A DNA stretch of 64,000 bases from a candidate division WOR-3 bacterium (GTDB lineage: Bacteria > Hydrothermota > Tepidihabitantia > B3-TA06): assembly GCA_965649265.1 (NCBI GenBank), contig CBFGKC010000009.1, forward strand, positions 54,869-118,868. The letters are read 5' to 3'. The position numbers were made by a program, and so were the translations under genes. Shown in pieces: positions 47,411-56,378 of this stretch; position 1 is the first letter of the stretch, and every line of letters starts with the position of its first letter. The notes under the pieces were generated by a model that saw only the letters and a program-made list of their open reading frames with translations, made no database searches and was not told the origin of the DNA.

Positions 47411-49579
47411 ATGAAACGTTGGTTTTATGGAGCAGTGCTCCTGGTTGCTCCTCTGTTTGCCGCCAAGGTGGAGCTTCATGACGGCAGGGAATTTTCAACC
47501 GGGATAGTGGAATTTAACGGCACAGAAGTTGTGACCGATCAGGACACCTTTAAACGAGGCGATGTCAAGGAGATTATCTTTGATACTAAAGGTGGACAAG
47601 AGACCGGAACCCTGAGCGTATCAAGTGATATTGCCGAGCTTCTCCAAAAAGCCAGGGCGGCATACACGCGATTCCCCGATGCAAAGGGAATTCTCTTGAT
47701 TGACGACGGGCGCAACACCCTCATGGCCGACCGGACCCAGAATTACTCCTACCACATGGCTTACCTTGTCTTATCGGAAGCTCGCAAGGGGATGGCCACA
47801 TTCAGGGCATATTACAGGGAGGGCGATAACGACGTAAAAGTCCATTTTGCAAGGGTTATCAAACCAAACGGCAAGGTGATAGATCTGGACAAATCGACGA
47901 TGAAGATCGAGACTCCTCCCAACGAAGACATAGTATTCTTCGGCAAAACCAAGTGGCTTACTTTTACCATGCCGGGGGTTGAAATCGGCGATATCATCGA
48001 GTACTCCTACGAAAGCATCGATCTCAATCCGTGGAACAAGGATGTGTTCGATGCAGGCTTCTATTTTCAAGGAGATGATCCCTTTGTTTATTCAAGATTT
48101 GTCGTGGACGTGCCCGAAACCGAGTTCGTAAAGTGGAAAACCTACAGGATGCCTTCAGCCTATTCGAATCCCGTCATCGAAACCAAGGACGGCCGTAAAA
48201 CCTACACCTGGCTATCACAAAACATGAGTCCTTACGTTCCGGAGCCCAATTCCCCACCCGAGGGTGACTTCGCAGTTAAAATGGATTTGACAAACCAGGA
48301 AAGCTGGGATAAGCTTTACGACTGGTACGGCTCATTCCAAACCGAGAGAATGAAAATTACCCCGGAGATTCAAAAACTTTCTGACAGTCTTGTTGCTAAC
48401 GCCGGCACCAAGGACGATTCCATAGCCGCTTTGTACTACTGGGTACAACTCAATATAAGGTACATATCGATAAAAGGTAGTGCCTCTTCGGGTGTCTCCG
48501 GACACCCGGCCCAATTCACGCTGGACCGCGGCTTTGGAGATTGCACCGACAAGGCCATTCTTTTTACTACAATGCTTCGGGCAGCGGGCGTTGAGGCATA
48601 CCCGGTTTATCTCGGCACAAACGACGATGCAAGCATGCTTGATCCGGAGATTCCCAGTTATTATGGCAACCACTGCATAACCCAGGTGTTCCTCCCGGAG
48701 CCCTCCTCAGAACCTTCCTCAGAGTCCTCCCCTGAATCCCCCACAGAGCCTTCCACGCCGCCACCCTCCTCCCCTTCATCCAGGAGTTTTTACCTCGATG
48801 CGACTGGAGGTTCGGACGGCGGTTTCTCAAGATACCCCTCATTCGCAGCAATGGACCACGGGGTATATTCCGTAAACGCCCTCAAGCGCCAGGTCGAGAT
48901 CATACCCGTTCCCAGCCCTGCCGAGGAAGGAAGGGAGTACCATCTTGATATGGAACTCGATAAAGAAGGCACATTGACCGTTCACTACCAGAGCTTCTAC
49001 AACGGTGAATACGAAACAAATCTGAGATATTACTGGAACTACTTCTCAAGGGAAGAGGACAAACGCATGCGGTTTGAGCAAATGGTAAAGGCCGATTCCC
49101 CGGATGCCGAGCTACTCGACTACGGCATTGATAATCTGGCAGACATTAGCAAACAGTTGAGCCTGAGAATAACTTACAGGATAAAAAACTACGCGAATTT
49201 TGCGGGTCCGATAGTCCTCTTTAACCTGCCTGAGATCGCAAACCGCTACACATTTAGTGAGTTGTCGCTTGAGAATCGCAAACTTCCCCTGACATACAGC
49301 ACAAGCGAGGGCATAAGGCACATCTTCACCCTCAAGCTTCCACAGGACTGGAAGATAGATTACCTGCCAGAGGAAATAACGTTATCAAGGCCCGAAGTTT
49401 CATACCAGGCCTCATACTTCGTGGACAGCCTGAACGTAATTATGTTCGAAGACACTTTCGCAAGATCGAGTAGAGTAATCGAACCATCGAATTACCAGGC
49501 CTATAAGAATCTTTTAAACTCTGTGAGCAACTACCACAAGAAACCTGTCCTGGTCATTGTGGATGGAGGTGAGCAGTGA
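47411..49579 (+). CDS. DUF3857 plus transglutaminase-like domain protein (intact Cys-His-Asp), with in-frame repeat insertion
   Basis: Signal peptide, PGVEIGDIIEY, NIRY, GDCTDKA, NHC, YLDAT. Confidence 0.87.
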   Translation: MKRWFYGAVLLVAPLFAAKVELHDGREFSTGIVEFNGTEVVTDQDTFKRGDVKEIIFDTKGGQETGTLSVSSDIAELLQKARAAYTRFPDAKGILLIDDGRNTLMADRTQNYSYHMAYLVLSEARKGMATFRAYYREGDNDVKVHFARVIKPNGKVIDLDKSTMKIETPPNEDIVFFGKTKWLTFTMPGVEIGDIIEYSYESIDLNPWNKDVFDAGFYFQGDDPFVYSRFVVDVPETEFVKWKTYRMPSAYSNPVIETKDGRKTYTWLSQNMSPYVPEPNSPPEGDFAVKMDLTNQESWDKLYDWYGSFQTERMKITPEIQKLSDSLVANAGTKDDSIAALYYWVQLNIRYISIKGSASSGVSGHPAQFTLDRGFGDCTDKAILFTTMLRAAGVEAYPVYLGTNDDASMLDPEIPSYYGNHCITQVFLPEPSSEPSSESSPESPTEPSTPPPSSPSSRSFYLDATGGSDGGFSRYPSFAAMDHGVYSVNALKRQVEIIPVPSPAEEGREYHLDMELDKEGTLTVHYQSFYNGEYETNLRYYWNYFSREEDKRMRFEQMVKADSPDAELLDYGIDNLADISKQLSLRITYRIKNYANFAGPIVLFNLPEIANRYTFSELSLENRKLPLTYSTSEGIRHIFTLKLPQDWKIDYLPEEITLSRPEVSYQASYFVDSLNVIMFEDTFARSSRVIEPSNYQAYKNLLNSVSNYHKKPVLVIVDGGEQ
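48698..48783. repeat. Motif B tract (12-bp period) in frame within the CDS
   Basis: GAGCCCTCCTCA GAACCTTCCTCA GAGTCCTCCCCT GAATCCCCCACA GAGCCTTCCACG... Confidence 0.8.
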
Positions 49580-51648
49580 AGCGTCTTTCTTACATCGCAA
49601 TCGTTTTTTTTCTGGCGATCCTCTCGGCGTGCAGGCCGGCGGTTCGTGCAAGCCACGATGTCATCTACTTGAAAAACGGCGAGGAGAAAGCCGGGACACT
49701 GGAAAGGATAACCGCCGACAGCGTCTGGTTCGCGACCGATGAGGGCAAACTGGCACTTTCCAAAACCGAGGTTCAAAGTCTTGATCTTCCTCAGCCTAGA
49801 CCGGGCGAGCAATGGAAAACCGTGAAAGATATTGATGACCCATTACTGAAGGAGATTTTGAAGAGCTTCTCCCCTCCCGAGGAAATAGGCCTCATGGACG
49901 TAAATTACATAAATCTATATGTTGAAAACGATTTCATTCTCAACGAGGACGGAACCTTTGAGAAACGCACGAGAGTGATAAGATACGTCACTGCAGAGTC
50001 GGGAAAGGGCGAAGCCGCGAACAACACCTGGACTTATCTTGCCGACCGTTCCTACGCAAAGGTGAACTTCGCCCGCAGTATAAGCCCTGAAGGGATTGTG
50101 ACCCACATAAACCAGGCCGCGATCAACAGAGTAAGTCTCTACCCCACCCCCTCCGAATACAGCAACCAGATGCAGCTACAGATAGCGGTGCCTGAGAGCC
50201 GAGTGGGTTCACTCCTGGATTTCGAGTTTTCAACGGTTCAGAATATTGTTGACAGTATTCACCCTGTATCCGAAGAGCTGGTGCTCGATTCCCGCGTACC
50301 TACACTGAAGGAGATAATAAGAATTGAACAACCCGTGACAGGGTCCTTGACTTTTTACGTCTCGACGAACGAATCGCCCAAAAAAGAGGTACGTCAAGGA
50401 AAGGAGATTCTTACATGGGAACTTGGCTTCCAGCCAGCCCGCCCGTTTGAACAGATGACGCCCACAAGCGAAGATTATCTTCCGCGCTATATCATAGCGA
50501 CAAAGAAAGATTGGTACTCGATAGGAGCACAGCTTAGCGGATTTTATGAAAATGCGGCAAGGGCTAGTCAGAGAATCCCCTCGCTCGTAGACTCTCTTAC
50601 TAAAGGAATCTCGTCGAATGAGAAGAAAGCCCAGGCGCTCTATACCTTTGTGTCGAATCAGATACAGAACGTGGGACCTTGGCTCGATTTATACTCCTAC
50701 GTACCTACACCTGCCGAAACAGTTCTTGTCCGCCGTTTTGCGAATAACCTCGATCGCGCCGCACTTCTCTATTCATTGATGAAGCAAGCTTCACTAGATG
50801 CCGATATTGTTCTTATCCGAAGCAGAAATACCGGAAGGCTTATCCCCTCCTTCCCAGCACTTGGAGAACTGAATTACGCGCTCGTTTTGTTCGAAGACCG
50901 CATCTGGCTTGACCCGAAACCAGATCTGCCCTTCGGCACACTCCTCGAGCAGGACGCGATGGGACTCTCTTTAGCCACAGGCAAACTCAAAAAAACACCA
51001 CTGCTCACACCTGATGACGAAACCGCAGTAACAAAAACCGACGCAACTCTTTCACTCGACGGTTCCCTCGAACTCACGACACGTGTGGAGTTCAAGGGTC
51101 TGGGCTCATACTCATGGAAAAGCTATCTTAAACCCCTCTCCCCCGCAGAAAGACGTCAAGAGGCAGAGCAGCTTGCCTCCCAGATTCACCCCAACGCAAA
51201 GCTGCGATCGTTCGAGTTTAAGGGCTTCGATGAGTTAAATGCTAACCCCTCTTACATTTTGAGGATGACTATTCCCGGTTATGCAATCCAGGCCGGCAAC
51301 TATCTCATTTTTTATCTTCCGGGTGTGACGCATTCTGCATACTATGTTGGAGCAACCGAAAGGCTCTACCCTATTGATCGGACAACAAGAAGCAAGGATA
51401 TCCTGGAACTTACCCTGAAATACCCCGAAGGTGAGCTGCTCGGGCTTCAAAAAGATGTCGTCCTCAAGAACGCCTACGATTCATACAGCGCGCGAACGAC
51501 TTCCGAAAAACAGGGACAGCTTAAGTTTCAGGAGGATACCCAGGTTCTTGACCCATGGATACCTGCGCAGGCCTATGCCGAATACAAAACCCTTGTCGAG
51601 GGCATGGCCCGCGTTAACCAGAAACCGTTGGTGCTCAAGCTCAAGTAA
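49576..51648 (+). CDS. DUF3857 plus transglutaminase-like lipoprotein, probably catalytically inactive
   Basis: Lipobox LSAC; ANNLDRA and NYA replace GDCxDKA and NH; WLDP retained; GTGA overlap. Confidence 0.8.
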   Translation: MKRLSYIAIVFFLAILSACRPAVRASHDVIYLKNGEEKAGTLERITADSVWFATDEGKLALSKTEVQSLDLPQPRPGEQWKTVKDIDDPLLKEILKSFSPPEEIGLMDVNYINLYVENDFILNEDGTFEKRTRVIRYVTAESGKGEAANNTWTYLADRSYAKVNFARSISPEGIVTHINQAAINRVSLYPTPSEYSNQMQLQIAVPESRVGSLLDFEFSTVQNIVDSIHPVSEELVLDSRVPTLKEIIRIEQPVTGSLTFYVSTNESPKKEVRQGKEILTWELGFQPARPFEQMTPTSEDYLPRYIIATKKDWYSIGAQLSGFYENAARASQRIPSLVDSLTKGISSNEKKAQALYTFVSNQIQNVGPWLDLYSYVPTPAETVLVRRFANNLDRAALLYSLMKQASLDADIVLIRSRNTGRLIPSFPALGELNYALVLFEDRIWLDPKPDLPFGTLLEQDAMGLSLATGKLKKTPLLTPDDETAVTKTDATLSLDGSLELTTRVEFKGLGSYSWKSYLKPLSPAERRQEAEQLASQIHPNAKLRSFEFKGFDELNANPSYILRMTIPGYAIQAGNYLIFYLPGVTHSAYYVGATERLYPIDRTTRSKDILELTLKYPEGELLGLQKDVVLKNAYDSYSARTTSEKQGQLKFQEDTQVLDPWIPAQAYAEYKTLVEGMARVNQKPLVLKLK

Positions 51649-51890
51649 CAGAGGTCTATCGGGAAACTCTGCGTTCTCTCAGATATAATTGAAATACTGC
51701 TTACCCACGCTTTGATCAGGGGTTACTGGCTAAATACGGTGGTGTAGTGTGGTAATGATTCGCAAAGACTTTATATACTACACTGTGAAAGCTAAGAGAC
51801 GAAAATTGAGCCGCCTGGAGCGAAAAGAAGTTGAAAGAAAAAAGTTAGACGAGGTTCTTTTTGAATCAAGGAATTCTTTCACGTCAAGAA

Positions 51891-52799
51891 CTAATCGACC
51901 GTCTTTTTTTCATGTATTCTTATCTGTGATGGCTCATCCAGGATAATCTCGAGACCGTACTTGGGATCATCAACAAGCTCCCCCGTTACCTCAATTGAGT
52001 CTCCCTCGTATTCGAGTAAAGAGAGCCCGAGGCTCTCGAATTTCTCTACTACCGATGAGAATACGACAATCGTAAGGCCTTTTCTGTCGTCGGAGAAATC
52101 GAGAAAGTAGGTGTTGCTCTTTTCCGAATGCCCGACCCTGGCAATCCTTCCCGAAACTTTGACGTTTTTCCCAGCGTTCTTTTTAAGAAGCCTCAGATTT
52201 GTTGCTGCGATGTCGGTAGGTTCAGAAGGCTTGGACTGCCAGAGTTCAGACTCCTGCCAGAGCCTTAAAAACTCCCTGGAGTATGCCCCATAGGTCGAGG
52301 TAAATCCTTTAAGAATTATGATGTTCTCGTCGTTATCGGCCTCTGCAGAGGCCGTCCAGTTAAAAGAACCTGTTATGAGAACGGTATCGTCTATCAGCGC
52401 GAACTTGTGATGCATAAGCCCCCTCCCCCTCTCTACGCGGACTTCAATGCCGTTCTGACTTAAATATGCCGCCTTGCTGTAAGTCGCATGGGCATTCGTC
52501 GGGTCAACGATCACTTTTACACTAACACCTCTCGCGTGTGCATCCGAAAGCGCCTGGGCAAGCGGCCTGGACGTGAAATTGAAGGCCGCAACAGAAATTG
52601 TTTTATTCGCGTTATCGAGTTCCTTCTCTATTACCCACTCGATTCCCTCCTGTCTCGAGAAATGAGCCTCGACTGTTCCGTCTTTTGAACTCTCCTTGGT
52701 CTTGCAGGAAAGCAGCACGACTGAAAAAAAAGTGACCATTGGGATGCAGTATTTAATCAATATTAGTTTCCTGAGATCCGCGTTCAAGAATTTCCCCAT
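51891..52799 (-). CDS. Phospholipase D-family (Nuc-like, single HKD) protein with C-terminal OB-fold-like domain, probable lipoprotein
   Basis: MHHKFALIDD..ITGSFNWT..A...NDEN; VLLSC lipobox; GAGGA RBS before ATG 52799. Confidence 0.82.
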   Translation of the reverse strand: MGKFLNADLRKLILIKYCIPMVTFFSVVLLSCKTKESSKDGTVEAHFSRQEGIEWVIEKELDNANKTISVAAFNFTSRPLAQALSDAHARGVSVKVIVDPTNAHATYSKAAYLSQNGIEVRVERGRGLMHHKFALIDDTVLITGSFNWTASAEADNDENIIILKGFTSTYGAYSREFLRLWQESELWQSKPSEPTDIAATNLRLLKKNAGKNVKVSGRIARVGHSEKSNTYFLDFSDDRKGLTIVVFSSVVEKFESLGLSLLEYEGDSIEVTGELVDDPKYGLEIILDEPSQIRIHEKKTVD

Positions 52800-52852
52800 A
52801 AAGAAATCCTCGAAAACACTGAGGTAAAGATTCTGGCGACCCGATAAGGATT

Positions 52853-52995
52853 GAGGAGGACCGAGAAAGACTCCGAAGGAAAATCTGCGAAGGGCTCTAT
52901 GGAAAGCTCTGGGAGAGCTTCCGAGGAGGACAGCTGAGGAATGCGCTGAGGAAGGCGCTGAGGAGGGCGGCGAGGAGGGCGGACTGAGGAGGGCA
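52853..52995. repeat. Motif B tract (about 12-bp period) between cdsA and the PLD gene
   Basis: GAGGAGGACAGCT GAGGAATGCGCT GAGGAAGGCGCT GAGGAGGGCGGC GAGGAGGGCGGACT GAGGAGGGC. Confidence 0.8.
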
Positions 52996-53817
52996 TCATT
53001 GACCGGAGAGCAAGGGATAGAGATAGTAAAATGCGGCAACGCCAAAGATAAGGCTGTCTATTCTATCTAGAAAGCCGCCGTGACCACCGAGAATCTCGGA
53101 GGTGTTCTTTACTCCTCGCTCCCGTTTGATCGCTGATTCTATAAGGTCACCTATGACCCCGGCAAGGGCTACCGCGCACGCGAGCACTACCCACCACCAC
53201 CAGGGTTCATGAGGTCGGAAAAGTGCCCAGAAGCCCGCACCCAGGGCTATGGAAACAACCAGCCCTGAAAGAAAGCCTTCTATTGTCTTGTTTGGTGAGA
53301 TTGCGGGACATAAAGGCGTTTTGCCGAAGAGTGAACCGGCAAGATAAGCAAAAGTATCGTTAAGCCATACCATCACGAAAGGGAATACGAGCCAGAGGTA
53401 GCTGTGGGCCTTGGCAAGAGATTCGTGTTTTAGAAGTACGAAATGCGCGGGAAGAAAGCCCAGATACAAAGGCAAAACAAGAAGAGGAAGTATGGACTGG
53501 GGTTTATCGGAGAGCAGAAGTAACCATAGAAAGGACTGCAAGAGAATTGCGAGCATGAGGTAGAGGGTGATCGGTAAAGCAATAAGATCAAGGGAATAAA
53601 ACCATATGAGGAGTGGAGCAAGGAGAAAAAGAAGATGCTGTATTTTAAAAGGTTTAACGTACAGCATGACGAATTCGACTGAAGCCGCAGTAACCCACAG
53701 TAAGGCGTATAGAGCCGCAACCCAAAAGGGCGCCGCCATTGCTGCAAGTGTAAGCGGAATCAGGAGCAGCCACAGAAAAAGCCGCCCCTTCAGGATACTA
53801 GCTTTTGACCCGGCCAA
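52996..53817 (-). CDS. cdsA: Phosphatidate cytidylyltransferase; start approximate
   Basis: NDTFAYLAG..FGK..L...ISPNKTIEG, GDLIESAIKR..GVK, GHGGFLDRIDS. Confidence 0.93.
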   Translation of the reverse strand: MAGSKASILKGRLFLWLLLIPLTLAAMAAPFWVAALYALLWVTAASVEFVMLYVKPFKIQHLLFLLAPLLIWFYSLDLIALPITLYLMLAILLQSFLWLLLLSDKPQSILPLLVLPLYLGFLPAHFVLLKHESLAKAHSYLWLVFPFVMVWLNDTFAYLAGSLFGKTPLCPAISPNKTIEGFLSGLVVSIALGAGFWALFRPHEPWWWWVVLACAVALAGVIGDLIESAIKRERGVKNTSEILGGHGGFLDRIDSLIFGVAAFYYLYPLLSGQ

Positions 53818-54523
53818 ATCTTCGTTCACGGCTGCCGTAATCGGCAATGGCTTTTTCCAGCTCCGCACGGGTGAAGTCTGGCCACAAACAATCGGTGAAG
53901 TAAAGTTCTGTGTATGCAAGCTCCCATAGCAGGAAATTCGAAATCCGGGTCTCCGCGCCAGTCCGGATGAGTAAATCAGGGTCCGGCAGCTCTGGAAGAT
54001 ACTGGAATGATTTCAAAACGGTCTCATCCGCGGATTCCAGCTTTATCTTGCCTTGAAGTGCAGCGTCGGCAAGTTTTTTAGCAATATCGACCACCTCCTG
54101 TCTGCCTCCGTAGTTCAGGGCAAGCACAAGGACAAGCCCCGTATTTTTGGCAAGACGTTCGCGCATCAGTTGTATACCTTCCTGTACTTTCGTTGAGAGC
54201 TCGGAGATTCGGCCGATCACTTCGAATCTCACGTTGTTTTTGTCGAGTTCATCTATCTCGTCACGAAGATGTCTTTCGAGCATCTTCATAAGCCCTGAAA
54301 CTTCTTCCTTGGGTCTCTGCCAGTTCTCGGAAGAGAAAGTAAAAAGCGTCAGGTGTGATATTCCCATTTCTCCGGCAGCCCTGACTATATCACGAACCCT
54401 GTTGATCCCCTCCCTGTGCCCTACAACGCGAGGCAGAAGCCTTTTCTTGGCCCAGCGCCCATTGCCGTCCATTATGATGGCAACATGACCTGGAATAGTC
54501 TTTTTGGGTGATGATGAAGCCAA
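53798..54523 (-). CDS. uppS: Isoprenyl transferase (undecaprenyl diphosphate synthase)
   Basis: HVAIIMDGNGRWA, FSSENWQRP, LNYGGR, PDLLIRT, RISNFLLW, RERRFG; TTG start after the frr stop. Confidence 0.95.
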   Translation of the reverse strand: MASSSPKKTIPGHVAIIMDGNGRWAKKRLLPRVVGHREGINRVRDIVRAAGEMGISHLTLFTFSSENWQRPKEEVSGLMKMLERHLRDEIDELDKNNVRFEVIGRISELSTKVQEGIQLMRERLAKNTGLVLVLALNYGGRQEVVDIAKKLADAALQGKIKLESADETVLKSFQYLPELPDPDLLIRTGAETRISNFLLWELAYTELYFTDCLWPDFTRAELEKAIADYGSRERRFGRVKS

Positions 54524-54527
54524 GGTT

Positions 54528-55082
54528 TTACTTTTCCAGTATTTCTTTTTCCTTTTTTCCGAAAAGCTCATCGAGTTCCTTGATGTACTTGTCGGTAAGG
54601 TCCTGCACCTGTTTCTGGGAATGGTGCATGTCGTCCTCGCTAATCTCTTTATCCTTCTCTTTTTTCTTGAGGCGATCGATGGCATCACGCCGTAAGTTAC
54701 GCACCGCAACACGGCTTTCCTCCGTGAGGCGTGATACAAGCTTCACGAGGTCCTTGCGTCTCTCCTCGGTAAGCGCGGGTATTATTATACGGATGAGTGT
54801 CGCTTCAACACTGGGGTTCAGCCCGAGGTCTGATTTTTGAATCGCTTTTTCTATCGCGCCCAGCGCGGCCTTGTCCCACGGCTGAATCACGAGACTACGG
54901 GGATCGGGAACGCCTATCGATGCAACCTGCTTGAGAGGTGTCAGCGCACCGTAGTAATCTACTTTAATACCGTCAAGAAGGGCTGGATTCGCCCTTGCGG
55001 TCCTGATTCTTGAAAATTCTCCGGCAAGAATCTCTATGGTTTTCTTCATCTTTACTTCTACATCGGTCAAAATCTCTTTCAT
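54528..55082 (-). CDS. frr: Ribosome recycling factor
   Basis: IRTARANP.LLD, YYG..TPL.QVA, LTEERRK.LVK. Confidence 0.97.
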   Translation of the reverse strand: MKEILTDVEVKMKKTIEILAGEFSRIRTARANPALLDGIKVDYYGALTPLKQVASIGVPDPRSLVIQPWDKAALGAIEKAIQKSDLGLNPSVEATLIRIIIPALTEERRKDLVKLVSRLTEESRVAVRNLRRDAIDRLKKKEKDKEISEDDMHHSQKQVQDLTDKYIKELDELFGKKEKEILEK

Positions 55083-55798
55083 TTGTTTACTCCTCTTTTA
55101 ATTATCGTCCCTACGTGTTCGCCTGAAAGAATTCTGGAGATGTTCTCCGGTTCGAACACATTAAAAACCTGGATGACCAGATCGTGCTCCCGTGCAAGGG
55201 AAAAAGCGGTCTGGTCCATAACCGCCAGATTTCTGGCCAGAGCCTCTTCGTACGTAAGCTCCGGGAAAAATTCAGCCTTAGGATTCTTTTTAGGATCCTC
55301 GGAATAAACTCCCTTTACATTGGTTCCCTTGAGCACCCTTTTAGCTCCGATCTCTACCGCCCGCAGGACGGCGGAAGTATCTGTTGAAAAATAAGGCAGC
55401 CCGGTCCCACCGGTGAATATCAAGGGATGCTTTCCGGCAAACAGTTCCCTTGCCCTAACAGGATCGTAACTCTGAATCCATTCCAAGGGAACGGCGCTCA
55501 TATGGACAGCGTGAACGTCACGGTCACGAAGCATGGATTCCAGCCAGAGGCCGTTCAGAAGAGTCCCTATCATACCCATCCGATCCGCAAATACACGGGC
55601 TTCGCCCTGCCTGCCTGAGTGAGCACCTCGTATATGATTCCCGCCGCCCAGAAGCATGCTGAAACGCACCCTGCCAGAGAGCTGGGTAATCTCCTTCAAG
55701 ATGCCCTCACAAACAACCTTATCGACAAAGACCTCCCCGCTCAACTTGAGGAGGAGGCCTTCATCGATATCTAAAGGTTGACGACTATTCTTCTCCAA
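55079..55798 (-). CDS. pyrH: UMP kinase
   Basis: LLKLSGE, GGGNHIRG, DRMGM, GTGLPYFSTD, VMDQTA. Confidence 0.95.
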   Translation of the reverse strand: MEKNSRQPLDIDEGLLLKLSGEVFVDKVVCEGILKEITQLSGRVRFSMLLGGGNHIRGAHSGRQGEARVFADRMGMIGTLLNGLWLESMLRDRDVHAVHMSAVPLEWIQSYDPVRARELFAGKHPLIFTGGTGLPYFSTDTSAVLRAVEIGAKRVLKGTNVKGVYSEDPKKNPKAEFFPELTYEEALARNLAVMDQTAFSLAREHDLVIQVFNVFEPENISRILSGEHVGTIIKRGVNK

Positions 55799-56378
55799 CT
55801 TTAAACCGTTGGAAGCGGCTGACCAGGATGTTTTCGCCGAATTTGTTGACCATCAAGGTGATAAGATCCTTGACGGTAGTCTCCGGGTTTTTCACGAACT
55901 GCTGTTCCATTAAACAGCTTTCCTTGTAGTACTTATCCAGACGTCCTTCAACGATCTTGTCGATCATGTTCTCGGGCTTTCCTTGAGACCTCAGCTGATC
56001 TGCATATATGTCTCTTTCCCTTTCGAGAACTTCTTTCGGCACGTCATCACGGGAAACTGAAACGGGGTCAACCGCGGCAATATGCATGGCAATGTCATGA
56101 GCCAGGTTTCTGAATTCCTCGTTCTTGGCCACGAAATCGGTCTCGCAGTTGAGCTCCAGCAATACTCCTAACTTCGATCCGGGATGTATGTAGGCTTCAA
56201 TAATGCCTTCTTTTGCAACACGCCCGGCCTTGGCTTCGGCTTTTGCTATACCCTTCTTGCGAAGAATATCAACTGCTTTCTGGATATCCCCATCGGACTC
56301 CTTGAGGGCTTTCTGGCAATCCAACATCCCGGCGCCGGTTCTTGCACGTAGTTCCTTGAGTAAATCCATCTCGCTCAT
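55785..56378 (-). CDS. tsf: Elongation factor Ts (short form)
   Basis: KELRARTGAGMLDC, ELNCETDFVA. Confidence 0.97.
   Translation of the reverse strand: MSEMDLLKELRARTGAGMLDCQKALKESDGDIQKAVDILRKKGIAKAEAKAGRVAKEGIIEAYIHPGSKLGVLLELNCETDFVAKNEEFRNLAHDIAMHIAAVDPVSVSRDDVPKEVLERERDIYADQLRSQGKPENMIDKIVEGRLDKYYKESCLMEQQFVKNPETTVKDLITLMVNKFGENILVSRFQRFKVGEE

Noticed and set aside
52800-54739. Long N-terminal extensions of PLD, cdsA and uppS in the ORF track
   Set aside because: They overlap upstream genes or the repeat tract; downstream starts fit family lengths better.
55785-56378. Short 197-aa EF-Ts as a truncation
   Set aside because: The short form is an established variant (e.g. Thermus, cyanobacteria) and has intact motifs.
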